From assembly GCA_010093995.1 (NCBI GenBank), contig ML992511.1, forward strand, positions 109,917 through 173,916: a DNA stretch of 64,000 bases. The letters run 5' to 3'. Positions 1 to 12,075 of the stretch are shown here, one piece after another (positions within the stretch are counted from its first letter, which is position 1; every line of letters begins with the position of its first letter). The DNA is from Elsinoe ampelina (taxonomy: Eukaryota). Under the pieces are notes generated by a model. That model saw nothing but the letters and a program-made list of their open reading frames with translations, was not told the origin of the DNA and ran no database searches. Position numbers and translations under genes: made by a program.

Positions 1-146
1 AATATCTGCTTCAGAATACATATAAAACAGCTCGAAGAATGATGTTTGTCACGTAGGAAGAAGGAATAGTCACGAAGATTACGCGTTATATATATAGGGG
101 CGTGCGCGAATTGTGGGGGTGCGCGACTCGTGGGTGGGTCACGTTA
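1..146 (-). mobile_element. 5' end of a Tc1/mariner-superfamily (pogo/Fot1-like) DNA transposon; the rest lies outside the window
   Basis: The minus strand reads TA|ACGTGACCCACCCACGAGTCGCGCACCCCCACAATTCGCGCAC: a TA target site (145-146), an ACGT terminus and an internal 16-nt direct repeat (14/16 match). Then come TATATATA and ATG TAT TCT GAA GCA GAT ATT (MYSEADI, 21..1), which resembles a pogo transposase N-terminus. The host ORF stops exactly at the junction. Confidence 0.7.
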
Positions 147-1102
147 AATCTTGAGCATGGCCGTTCGGATCTCAGCTTCGGAGACGGAGCAGACGTCCTC
201 GACCAGATCCTTGCGTCGGACGATGTTCCAATTGCATGCAGCAACAGGTTGGCGGAGACCGTCTGCGATCGTGAAGCCCTCTAGCTTCGTGATCCTCTGT
301 CCACGTGATCGAGCTTTGCCGAGATTGGCAGCGCCCGAGATAGGCTCAGACCCGAAAACACGCAGCTTTGGTTGCAGCCCATGACATGCCACAGCAGTTC
401 CTGCCAACAACGATGCTCCCCCACTCGGCACGATGATAGCATCCAACGGACCTTCACCTATCTCCTCCATCTGCTCGAGGAATTCGACAGCGGCAGTCCC
501 CTGACCCAGCGTGTTGAAAGGATGGGAAGAAGTCGGCACGACTGTGGCGCCAGTCTCGCGATGGACTTCTTCTGCATACGTTGTGCACTCCGTCAGGGTC
601 GCCCCTGCTCGAATGACGGTGGCTCCTAGAGCTCGGATCTTGTCGATCTTGGTAGGACTCGCTGTGTAAGTCATGATGATGAGCACCGGTATGGGGTATC
701 CGAGAGCCCCTGATGCCTCAGCTGCCGCCAGCGCAAGTCCGATGGCATGGTTTCCTGGATGACGTTGGTATCACGGACGTCTCTTCTCCCAACCAACTTA
801 CCTGTGCTATACGAAACGACACCCTTCTTCAAAGTCTCTTCACTAAGCTGCGAAAGAAAAAAGCAAGCCCCTCTGAACTTGAAAGATCCCCCTCGCTGGA
901 AGTTCTCACATTTGAGAAAGACATTGATACGGCCAGGTCTGATATTCTCTTGCTGGCCCGAGAAGACGGACCTTTCGACCAGCTGTGTCAGTGAAATGCT
1001 CCTCAAGATCGGCGTTCGGATCGCCCGCGTCCCAAGAATATTATAGGCATATTGAATGGCTTCTAGGTTGATTTTAGAGGAGTAACCCTCGACATCATTC
1101 AT
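144..1102 (-). pseudogene. PLP-dependent serine racemase / threonine dehydratase family gene, C-terminally truncated by the transposon insertion
   Basis: Has the PLP-lysine motif LKCENFQRGGSFKFRGA. STG|NHA is joined across intron 755-801. Also GQGTAAVE, VPSGGASLLAG and TIADGLR. It ends at AEIRTAMLKI*, where the TAA comes from the TA|ACGT junction, before the expected VEPS..A segment. Confidence 0.8.
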
Positions 1103-1712
1103 CTCTGCAAAAGGAACAGTCGAGATAGACGGTGGTGGCGATGGAGTGACTATCAGCATCTAAAGCGACCCGGAGCTGCCGAGGGGAGCGCATCCTCGGT
1201 CCTAGCATCAAACTACCTGTATTACGCTGTTGACTCGACTTCTCTTGACAGGCGAGATTGGTCATACAGTCTGTCACACCCCGAGCGTCCGGCCTCTGAC
1301 GGACCTGCCGGATTCACCATGGCTCCAGACTGATGCTTACGCCAAGCCTCAGGAGGCCTTATACCCAGGACGTCAGGTCACCTCTTAAAGCGTCTCATCT
1401 CCGCTCGCGACGGAACAGAAGTGAGCTAGAACCGCACTAGATGTCGAAAAGAAGATCGTGTGGCGGAGAAACGACCCGAGAAGACCCTAGCAATGTGCAC
1501 CCTACCAGATATGGAGAACGGTCGTGAGGAGACCTTTATAATGGCCGCCATCATCGAGAGAGGTGGCTGACAGATCAGCGACTCAGCATGCAGGATCTGT
1601 CAAACATGGCCGGTCGAGGCGATGCTGTGGTCAAGCAAGCTCGCTGCCACTCTTCTACCACACTTGTCCAAGATCTCCTTTGCAGCATTCCAGGTAAGAC
1701 AGGGGAGAAGTG

Positions 1713-3429
1713 ATGGAGTCGAAGAAGCCACACCAGATCACAGTCCAGGAGACTGAAGCTAAGGAGCAAGAGCATGTCGACGTGGGGTTTGAGTCCCAAT
1801 TGTTGCTGAAAAGGCGTATGCAGGAACTCGGCGTAGAGGTCAACTCTGCAGGATTAATGGTGTGGCGGCACGACTGTAGCGACCATCCTCGCAATTGGTC
1901 ATCCTCCCGCAAGGTATACGACATTCTAGTCGTCGGACTTCTGGAGTTTTATGGGTGAGTCGTAGTGCATATGCAGACCGGCTAGCCAACTAAACAGGAA
2001 CAGCACTGTGATCAGCACCACCGGGGTGAGTACCATGACTGCTCTTTCTCCGTTTGCAGCCAGTCTGATTGGATCATCAGCCATCTGCGGCAGCTGCCTC
2101 TCGAGATGAGTACAACCTGACTGCACTCACGTCTCTCGTTGCGTTCGGCCTAGTGTATCAGCTGGGACAAGCAATTGGCGGTCTCGTTATCCCTCCACTG
2201 TCCGAGTCCTTTGGAAGGAGAACCCCATACATCGCCTCAGCAGTAGTCTACACCATCTTCTGCCTATTGATAGGTCTAGTTCCTTCAGTAGCCATGGTCT
2301 ACATAGGTCGATTCCTCACCGGACTCGCCTCAGCCGTCCCATCAGTCGTCCTCGCCGGTTCCGTCGAAGATATGTTCAACAGCCGCCAACGAAAATGGCT
2401 CGTCCTAGTCTGGGTCTCGCTCGCCACGGCCGGCCTCATCTGCGGCCCCATCTACGGCGTCTACATCTCCGCCCATCTCGGCTGGTAAGCAAACATCCCC
2501 CCCCCTTTCGTCCCACCTACTCACCCTCCAGGCGCTGGATCTACCACAGCTCCTCCATCGGCATGGCCCTCCTCACCCTCCTCCTCCTCTTCATCCGCGA
2601 ATCCCGCCCCAGCCTCATCCTCACCACCAAAATCCATCTCCTCTCCAAAGAATTCTCCACCCCCTTCCCGTACGACAACCACGACTCGGTCCCCTCCCGC
2701 ACCGCCCTGCTCAACACCATCCTCGTCCGCCCCGCTAGACTCCTCACCACCGAGCCCCTCGTCATCCTCATCACCACCCTCTCCGCCACATCCTGGGCCC
2801 TCATCTACCTCTTCACCGAAGCGCTCACAGGCATCTACCACCTCTCCCTGAACTTCCCCCCCACCACCGCCTCTCTCCCCTTCCTCGCCATGGGCGCAGG
2901 TATCCTCCTCAGCATCCCCCCTCGCTTCCTCGACCTCCGCGTAGCCAAACGACGGAAGCGCACCAACCTCCCCCTCGAGCCAGAGGACAAACTCACGGGC
3001 TTCACGCTGGCGGTCGTCGCTCTCGCGATCGGGCTGTGGTGGCTTGCGTGGACCATTCCTCCCAGAGTGACAGGGGTGCACTGGGCCGTCCCCACGGCCG
3101 GATTGGTGCTGGTTGGCTTCGCGGTGAATGAGATTGCGTACACGCTTAGTGGGTACCTGGCGGATTCTTACACCGTGTACGCTGCGTCGGCGTTTGCGGG
3201 GTTGGCGTTTGTGAGGGCTATCGTGTCTGGATTGATGCCGTTGGTGGCGCATGCGTTGTATGGGAGGTTGGGGGCGAATGTGGCTACTTCGGTCGTGGCG
3301 GGGTTGGCGACGTCGTTTGGCGTGGCGCCGTGGGTCTTGTATAGGTATAGTAGGGGGATGAGGGGGAGGAGTAGTTTTGCAAAGTATAGTCTTGAGGTGC
3401 ATGAGAGGACGAAGGTGGAGGACGATTAG
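1713..3429 (+). CDS. MFS multidrug transporter (DHA1-like), 4 exons including a ~22-nt micro-exon near 2004-2025
   Basis: HPRNWSSSRK N-terminal motif, PLSESFGRR motif A, GRFLTG, multiple TM helices and YLADSYTVYAASAFAG. GT-AG introns join ORFs 1710, 2069 and 2395. Confidence 0.9.
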
Positions 3430-3608
3430 TGTTGGTTCGCAGGTGGGTCGTAGTTGTGCAGGGTTACACCAGGTGAAAAAAATCAAGTCATATGATACAA
3501 GCTCTTAACTCGTGCTACGCTATGCTATACATGCGGCCATGCTGAACCATCCATGCCCTTGAAATCCATGCTTCCTCCACCAATGCAGGCTCCGAGATCA
3601 ACGCAAGA

Positions 3609-6600
3609 TCATGCGAAATAGCTCTTCCACAATACGCCCTCCAAATCCTCGAGCTGTTCTGGCTTGAATGCCTGTATGATATTAGCTTCACTACAATCAT
3701 CTCCATTGAAGACTTTGACTCACCTTGACATCGACATGCCATGTATCCTGCCTTGTCTTCTTGAAGTCGCTGAGCACCGTCTTGACACTCTTCCCTACCA
3801 TGCCTGGATCGGCAGCTGCTTTGCCTGCCAGGGTGGCGAGCACTTCTGGCAGCCAAGCAGGTGGCGGACTGGTGTAGGGGAATGCCTGTACCAAAGCACC
3901 CAGACCGAGAACCGCAGCATGCCTCGTGAGTACGAGCTTGTTCTGCTCTGGCGTTGGCGTACTAGGTGGCTGGTCGGCGCGGAATGGCTTCTTTTTGGGC
4001 AAAGGATTCTTGATCAGTAGATTGGTGAAATGCTTCTGTAGCGCACTGACGGTCTGATCACGGAACTTGACAGGCGAGCATCGGATCATGCCTCCCATGG
4101 TTGCGGCAGCCCCAAGGCGGACCTCGAGCTGAGTATCATGAAGCATGTCCTTGACGCAGTCGAAAAGATCCTGCGCATGATTGCGTGACATGAGGAAGAG
4201 ATGACGGAAGTACATGACCTGCATGACAATGAGGATGCGAAGACGTTGATGCCAGGAGGTAGATGTGCGCCCAATGCGAATGAGAGCAGCGATGAAAGCT
4301 GTATCCTCTTTTCCGGGAATGTGAGGAATGTTGGGCAAGTGACGGAATACGTGATAGGCCAACGACTGTAGCTCGGGATCCTCCTTGATGTCCATCATGT
4401 GCAGAAGCTGCTGCATGAACACTTCTGGGAAGAAGGGGACGAGACTGCGACAGTCGTTGCTCGAGAGGGTCGTGTCCAGCCAGAGCAGTACAGTCTTGCC
4501 AGCTTGTGTATACGGCGTGGGAGTCTGAATCCCAGCGGGACGCTCCAACCGCCATGCCTCTAGTCGGTCAAACACAGAAGTGACAATCTGCGAGAATTCC
4601 TCAGTCGGCTGATATGGTCGGACGCCAGTGGAGGAAGCCAAGCGTTGAGCCTCCAACAATGTGGGCACGTCTTTGTGTGACTCATGGTAGCGAGTGCGGA
4701 AGATGCTGGCAAGGGTCGTACCCATTACTTCTCTCACACCTTTGTATGGATGACTGATGTTGTCGACAAAATTCTTGACAATCGGCTTCTCAAGCTGAAA
4801 GTGCCAGCCAAGAGTGCCAACCAGTAGATTGATCAAAGAGATCTTGCTAGATTCCTTGAAGGCAGCATTGGTCTTCATGTCAAGTTGGTAGCTTGCTATC
4901 CAATCGACCAGTGGCCAACATCTGCGTGGGTCCTTTCCACCAAGTACAAGGCTCACGAAGGTGCTCCAGTAGCTGCTATTGTCTGGCGTTAGGCCGTCTT
5001 GGAAGATTCGGACAACGATTGGAAAGGCAAAGAGCCAAATCCGCTCTCGATGCTTAGCCTCCAGATCCTCAGCCGTCGTGAGCATAGCACCCATGATCTC
5101 AGCCGTGGCGCGGTGTTGGTGCTTGTCGGTCCCATCGCCATACACAGCCAAGGTCAGATCCTTGACGTCGTCAAAAGTCGCGACAGTCAATCCATCGAAG
5201 ACAAGCTCCAGGCAATACGCGACAATCATAGAGCTCGTCATTCTAAATCTATCCGCGTGCGAATCGCGTGGTTCCTGCTTCATGAAGTCGAAGTAGGTAG
5301 AGAACCATTTTCGATCCAGCCTCGCCCCGATCTTCTTCCTGATGCTCTTCTCTATGTCATCGTAGTTGAGCTCAGCTGCACCAGTCTTGAATGCCTTCAT
5401 CTCCTTGTTCCAGACCAGCCAGCCAGGGAAATCGGCATCGACGTAGTATTCAGCTTCTGGCTTTGCAAAGCTGTCAAGGTACCTCTGGGTCCAGCCTGGA
5501 TCTTCTGGATGGGCTGGCGCGAGTATTCTGTCCGGTGGGAATTGCTTGTCAAGAACGTAATTTTCGTACTTGTGACCGACGATCGCACGTGTCTGCACTA
5601 GATTGTAAATGGCAATCAGGGCACCAGCGTAAAGCTGTCGGAGCGATGGATGTGGGTCGATTGCCCCATTGACGACCAAGTCCAGCATGCCGTCGGAAGC
5701 AATAGTTTCGAATCGATAGTCCAGACCGATGACGAGCACAGCTGTCCGAGTGGCTTTCTTCCAGTGTGACACCTTGATCGAATCGATAAGCTCCTGACCG
5801 AGCTCGTACTTTTTTGTCTCAATGGCGACTCGTCGTCTCTTAAGGCGGTCTTGCTTGGGTGGTAGTAGCTTGTCGGCTTCTTCGATGGTCAAAGCAATGG
5901 TATCTGGGCTGCTCGTAGAGTCTGAAGGCCACAGCGCTCTGACTGTATCCTCGTCGAGGATCACCATCCGATCCGACGCCTTGCACATGTCTGATATGGA
6001 GAAGTTGCTGTTGCTGACAAGCTTCTGAATACTGGGACGGTCAAATTCAGAAACCTTCAAGAAAAGGCGAATGACCCGTGGAGTGTGTTTCCAGTTGCGT
6101 GCCAAGGTCTTTGCAAGACTGCCAAACAGTAAAGAGAAGACAGCACCCTTGATTCTTGGAATGTCAGACTTCTCAAGTCCTGTCTCCAGCGCATCGAGGA
6201 GAGGTGGGATAATAAGCGGCTTAGCCCCAACGATGCATTTGACGGCAGCTTCGCCAGCGGATTGTGCAGTGCGACGGATGTCCGTGTATGCGGAAACGCT
6301 GGATTCCGCGAGATCGAGCAACAAGGTCTTGTCAAGCTCACTCGCACCGCGTGGAGATTCATTGTGTCGCAAACGCTGAAAGTGATAAAGATTTGCTCGT
6401 TTCACTAGCAATGGTCTCGGATATGCCTTTCGTGTTCCGCTGAATTTGAATGGGTGGATGTCAGCCGCAAATAGGCGGGTCAGACGATCCAGGACGTGAG
6501 CCGACCTTTCGATGCCAATGTCAATGAACCAAGACTTGTATGCGGTGTACAATGCGTTGAAACACTGGACATCGTCTTCTTGATTCTTGGTAAGGAAGGC

Positions 6601-9600
6601 ATGTACACGGTGTAGCGTCTCGCCTGTTGCCTTCCGTAAGTCATGCACAGTCTTGTAGAGCTTGTCGTTCTCGTTCAGTGGGTACCCTGTAGGATATTGG
6701 AACGACTGGCGGATTTTCTCATCATCTGGCTCTACCAACAGAGACTCGCTGGATTCTGCGTCCGCCATCTCCACGTCACCGCTTTCTTTCGGCTTGCCAT
6801 TCGCGTAGCCATTCGCATAAGGTGAGTCGTGACCGTCCTCTCTGCGAAACAGACAAGACACACCCGAGATGACCAGCCGAAGCAGCACAAGATACCGTGA
6901 GACCTCATCTGACCAATCCTTGCCGGTGCCGTCGCGGCGCACCGGCGGATTGTCGCTGATCAAGGCATCGAGAGATTGGATGGCGTTTCCACCTTGCGAT
7001 TGGAAGAGCTTGACAGCAAAGGCAATTTCTCGCTCGCTCGGAGAGTGCCACTTGACGTTGAGAGCCTTTGGATCTGCTTGCTGACCCCAACTTGCTGGAC
7101 CCAGACCATCCTTGAAAGCGTCCTCCTCGAACAATGAGTAGTCGATTGTGTAAGTGACAGTCAAGTTGAGTAGCAAATGATGAATGAAATTCGAGACGTG
7201 CACGAGTGGGATGCCCTTGCACCGTTCCTGCATAAAGACGGCAATGTCGAATAGCTCATCTTGAAAGTCAAGGACATCAGCGCCGACGTGTACAACACAC
7301 ATGCTGAGTAGACTGATGTTCCAGACTAGTGCCCTATCACGTGGAAGGATCTCAGAGCCAGTTGTCCTGGTTGATCCTGCTCCATTCTCTTCAATCTCGG
7401 TGCGAACGCTGGAGATCAAGCTTGGCAGAAGATGCGCGAGCGCCTTCTTTGGCGCTACCTTGACAAGACTATTGCAGATAAAAGCCATGGCATCTCGAGC
7501 TTGATGTACAACATGATTTGTGATGAACTTGCTGACTTGCTGAAGGGCGATGTCATATAGCTCGGGCGAGAGTGCGGCGAGGAGAGGGGAGAAAGTCGCA
7601 GGAAGCGTATTGACGATGTTTTCTTCAGGCGAACCAGTCTTGACCCGAGAAGCGTCCGGTAAATTCTGAAGAAGGGTGAAGACTCGTCCCAAGAAGGAGA
7701 TCAGGAATTCTGCAAAGCCCGCAGTCGAAGACCGCAAGATCATCTCTTCGTCCTCGTCGCTGAGCTCAGTGTCGTAGTCAAGGCTGACAAGTGCCCCCTC
7801 CCGCTCGAATCGCTCCATCTGCTCAGTGATCCACTGCACTGCAGGACCTGTACCACTACCGTGAGCCAGGTCATCTGCATCTGCTGACTTTTCCTTGGTC
7901 AGGTCGTAGAGTGGAATATTGTAGCACACGGACTGGATGAATGCCAGAGAATGCATTGTCTTGTCCAGGTCGTTGGCATCGATACCGGGTAGAGCAAGGC
8001 CAAGGAGAGTTGTGAGATGGCATCGATATCCTTTGGTCCTTGCCATGGTCCGGGACAGCATCTGGAGAGCACGGATGGACGATACGGTGCGATGCACTTC
8101 GACTAGACCTTGCATGGCGGGGTAGATTCTTTGCAGGGCGCCAGGCAGGATCAGTGACGGCTCCAGGTACGCGAGGCTCTGAAGTGTCGAGAGCGAATAA
8201 TTCATGGCTGTGCCACTCTTCGCAAAGATGCCCATGAATACGACGTCCCGTAAGCACAAGACGAAGCGCTTCTTCAAGGCATCATTCAGGCGACGCTCTT
8301 CTGGTACATCGTACTCTCCACTCTGCTCACGGTTCCATCGCATAACAAAAAAGTCGGCAAGATAATACACTAGCTGCGATAGTGCCTTGGTCCATCCTCC
8401 AGAGTTTGAAGGATGGAAGAAAGTCTCGATGCCTTGGATGAGACCCTCTAACTGGTGGAGGACCGACTTTTCTGATCCACTGTTGAGACAAGCTGGCGAG
8501 AGTGACATGACGATCCATCGGGCGATACTATGTGCTGTGGGATGCTTCCGCTGATCTCTATCCAGCAGTATTGATAGGCCCGCACCAATGTCAACCGCCG
8601 CGCTGTACGGCGAGGTCGACTGACCGACAGGGATCTCGAGGAGGCGCAAGATGGAAGTGAAGACGAGCGTGGACTGCTCCTCAGTGAATATGCCATGCTC
8701 CGACCACGGTATGTGCTCAGCTCCCATACAATCTCTTGCCAACCTGGAGAACAGGTCGATGAACTTCTGATCTGCTGAAAGAGACCTGCTCACAACAGCC
8801 CAGAGGTGGAAGAATGTTGGGAGGTATTGCTGAGGATAGAGTTCGGGTTGATCGGCAGGTGGCACTGATGTTGGAAAAAGGAGGTTTGTGAGTGCCAGCA
8901 CTACGAAAGCATGCTCCGAGAAGGACATGCTGAAGAATGGTAGAATCTCTTCGAGCATTGCTGGGATTTCTCTCGGATCGAAGAACAGCTGCGCAAATGT
9001 GCAGAGCTTGGTGAGTGTCCTGATATTCCTTTTACTCGAGTACGTGTTCTGTGTCGAGTACTCGCTAGGCAGGACGAAGATCTTCAGCTCTTTGTAAAGC
9101 GGCCGCCAGTCCAGTATGAGATCCTTGCCGGGACGCAGGTAGTGCTTGCGCTTGGTGAGAACCATGAACATGCTCGCGAAACGCTCAGATACTGAGTAGT
9201 CCAATCCTGGCGCTAATGCGAGCTCGTAGTATAGCTTCACCAGAGCAGTCCTTTGCCGCCTTGTTAGATCGAACTTGAGTGTCATCCATCCCCTAATCTC
9301 TTTCGTCCAGTGCACCGCACCAGGAACGAAGTCGCCAGAGGATACCGCGACGTAAAGCTGCTTGATCATCTCATCAAGATCTTGTTCCCGCTTCGATTCG
9401 GTCTCCGTGTCGTACGGCAGGTATTTTGTGTAGGGAAAGACACGAGGTCTTGATCGGCCAAGGTGCTCAATGTCGAATTCGGGAGCCTCTCCATTGAGCT
9501 GAGACGAGCGACCACCTGGCGATGCTGCTCTCGAGAGGTCTCGACTACTTGCGGCGCTCATATCGATGATCATCCTTGTGCCTTCTCCTTCTGCTTTGCC

Positions 9601-9621
9601 CTGATCCCGCACCGAAGCCAT
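3609..9621 (-). CDS. BLM10: Proteasome activator Blm10/PA200 (PSME4 family)
   Basis: ~1980-aa HEAT-like ORF with LALPGIDANDLDKT, RHAAVLGLGALVQAFPY and FKKTRQDTWH. Intron 3672-3723 adds the terminal exon AFKPEQLEDLEGVLWKSYFA*. Confidence 0.95.
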
Positions 9622-10385
9622 TATGGTAATGTTACTGCGTGGGATGCCGTTCGCAGTGCATGGGATCTCCTTGCGTCTTCGTTCCGAAACGGGTGCTGGA
9701 AGGTCGCAAGCTTGGTACCGGGTGTATATGCCGATGATGGTGCGCGCGCGATGTGATGATGAAGCAGCTCCGAAGGTCTGTGTAGCTAATGCGGGTAGCT
9801 CTCACGAGTCGCAGACGGAGCTCCGTTTCGGCGGGCTTCTGAATTAGCTCTGCGCTTGATGCTGGTCGGATAACGATCGAAGAGCTCAAATGAATGAAGC
9901 TCTGCAATCCAGAGCGTTTGGTTGGAGATGATTGAATAAGCAGCGGCCAATTCAACGAATGGTCGAGCTTTGGTTGATCTTCAGAGGATGATCTCAGCTC
10001 TGAATCTCGGAAGGTTTAGGCGCGGAGATTGATGGTCATTCCTCCTTGTCCGACCACGGCGCGTCTTTCTGGATAAACACTACTGGACAAGCTTGATTCT
10101 GATGGGATCAGTGACTGCTTGATGACGAAGAGATGTCGTGAAACGAATGGTGGTGTGTGAATTGTGGCAAGCAATAAGAGAACGGCGTTCCGGCGGATAC
10201 TCTAGTATTTCAAGCGCCGCTCAAGGCAGCCTTCACGTACGCAAGCTCAGCACAGCACACGACAAAGACAAAGGACCACTCGTCGCAGACTGCCTGGCCG
10301 CGGACGAACCACATCCCGTCACACCTTGCGCTGATCTCTTGCCTCGAATCCAAGTCTCATCATCCGAGAACCGCCATTACCAATC

Positions 10386-10925
10386 ATGTCCTCCTACTAC
10401 GACATCGACGCCATCCTCACCGACGCCCAAAAGGTGCCCGTGACCTTCGAGATCGATGTACCTGGTCTTGGTTACTTGAATGGCAATGTCGGCGGAGACA
10501 TCAAAGCAGGAACAAAAGTCGAGCTTCCACTATGGCTGGGTGAAATGCTGGCCGTGTCTCAACCATCCGGCACTTCCGCCCTCGCCACCCTCGATCTGCC
10601 CACCGCCCTCTCTCAGCGAGTGGTCAACGCCTTAAAAGCTGATGCCAAATCCGTCGACATCAGAGCTCAGGCGCAGCATTTCTACTCGATAGGTGCACGT
10701 ATGCTGGAATTGTTCGAGGAGGAAGAGCTCATCGACATTCTCACAGAGACCTTTCGGAAACGGGCAGCTGAAATTGCCGACCATGCTCATAATTCTCGGA
10801 GTGCACTCGGAGAAGGCGCAGAGTTCATGCGGAGTCTGGACGAGACGGAAAGGAAGCTGTTTCATGCAGCACATGACAATAGCAATGCTGTCAAGAAGTG
10901 GTTCGAGACTGCTGGCAAGGGATGA
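10386..10925 (+). CDS. PSF3: GINS complex subunit Psf3
   Basis: MSSYYDIDAILTDAQKVPVTFE, KVELPLWLGEML, ALKADAKSVD and LDETERKLF are typical of Psf3. Confidence 0.92.
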   Translation: MSSYYDIDAILTDAQKVPVTFEIDVPGLGYLNGNVGGDIKAGTKVELPLWLGEMLAVSQPSGTSALATLDLPTALSQRVVNALKADAKSVDIRAQAQHFYSIGARMLELFEEEELIDILTETFRKRAAEIADHAHNSRSALGEGAEFMRSLDETERKLFHAAHDNSNAVKKWFETAGKG

Positions 10926-12075
10926 GATGTGTTTTCTCAGGTAGTCGCACCGACACTCTCCGGCTGCGTGAAGCAGCGTTTATTGCCACAGCAAGTGGCG
11001 ACTGTCTGTGGGTCTGGATCAACCACACAAACAGACTGCACTCGTACTGGAGACAAGCAGCTCCGCGGCATCCATACAATGATACACGCTCAATGTCACG
11101 GAAATGCCAGTCTCGCCGCCGAACCAAGATGTATTTGGTCTGGGTCGTTTATGCGAGGTGGAGTCGCCTGCTGCCAGATGGCGCAGAAGCTTGAACAGCG
11201 CACCAAGACTTCAGATGGTGACAACCAGCGGCCTATACAAAGGGCTATGGTAGTTCGGAATAGCATATTTACAGGGACCTAGTAGCACATCGGTCAAAGG
11301 CCCCCGATGAGGTTGACGGCTGTGTTGAACGCCAATCAGTCGAGCACTAAATGGATCAAGGTATTCAATCAGTGCATTGATACAATCATAACTTCGTAAT
11401 TGTCAAATGACCTGGTAGTTACTGGAAAGCCCTGGTAGTTGCGGTGACTGAACGTTCTGGTAGTAGTGTGATCTCGTGGCGACACGACATAACGACCTGG
11501 TCGGTAGTTGAGGTAGCCTGTATGTGGAGTGGCTTCGTCAACTTGCATGATAAGTGCCACAAGTCGATAAGGTATGTGTCTTACAAACCCCCAACCAGCC
11601 CGGTATCGTTCCCCAGGGCAGCTGCAAAGACATGATAGTCTGATAGAAAGCTGATCATGGTCGGGATGACGCAGTCAGAAGGGCCGACTATGAATTAAGA
11701 TGCACATTGGTATAAGCTAATAGTTGAACTACCAGCAGTGTCGAGAGAAGATAAGAATGTGCGTCTGAACGAAGGACATCTGGTAGTCCCAAGCCAGGAT
11801 CTCGTGTCGGTGACTTTGCATGATTTCTAAAAGGCTGGTCTGACTACCATGGCCTGGTAGTTGTCTGCAAGCCACACTACCATACAACATTCCCACGTAT
11901 CTACGATTCGTCTCGGATGATCGAGGAGGCGTCATTGCACCCGAGATCGTGAAGCCAGTGTGTGGTCATGTCAAGAAGTGATCCATTTCGCTATGTAGAG
12001 CACCGCCATTTCGCATGACTTTTTCCGTCATGTCATGAACGCCGGTACGCAGTGAGACAGGAGAAGCTGGGGAAT

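Noticed and set aside
2521..3486. 321-aa antisense ORF over the MFS gene (similarly 14081-15109, 29177-30574 and 61379-62608)
   Set aside because: These are shadow ORFs on the opposite strand of well-supported genes. They are low-complexity products of biased codon usage with no recognisable motifs.
9753..9842. GTGATGA...CTGA spaced like a box C/D snoRNA
   Set aside because: There is no terminal stem and no recognisable rRNA guide. It lies antisense to the BLM10 5' region, and such motifs occur by chance.
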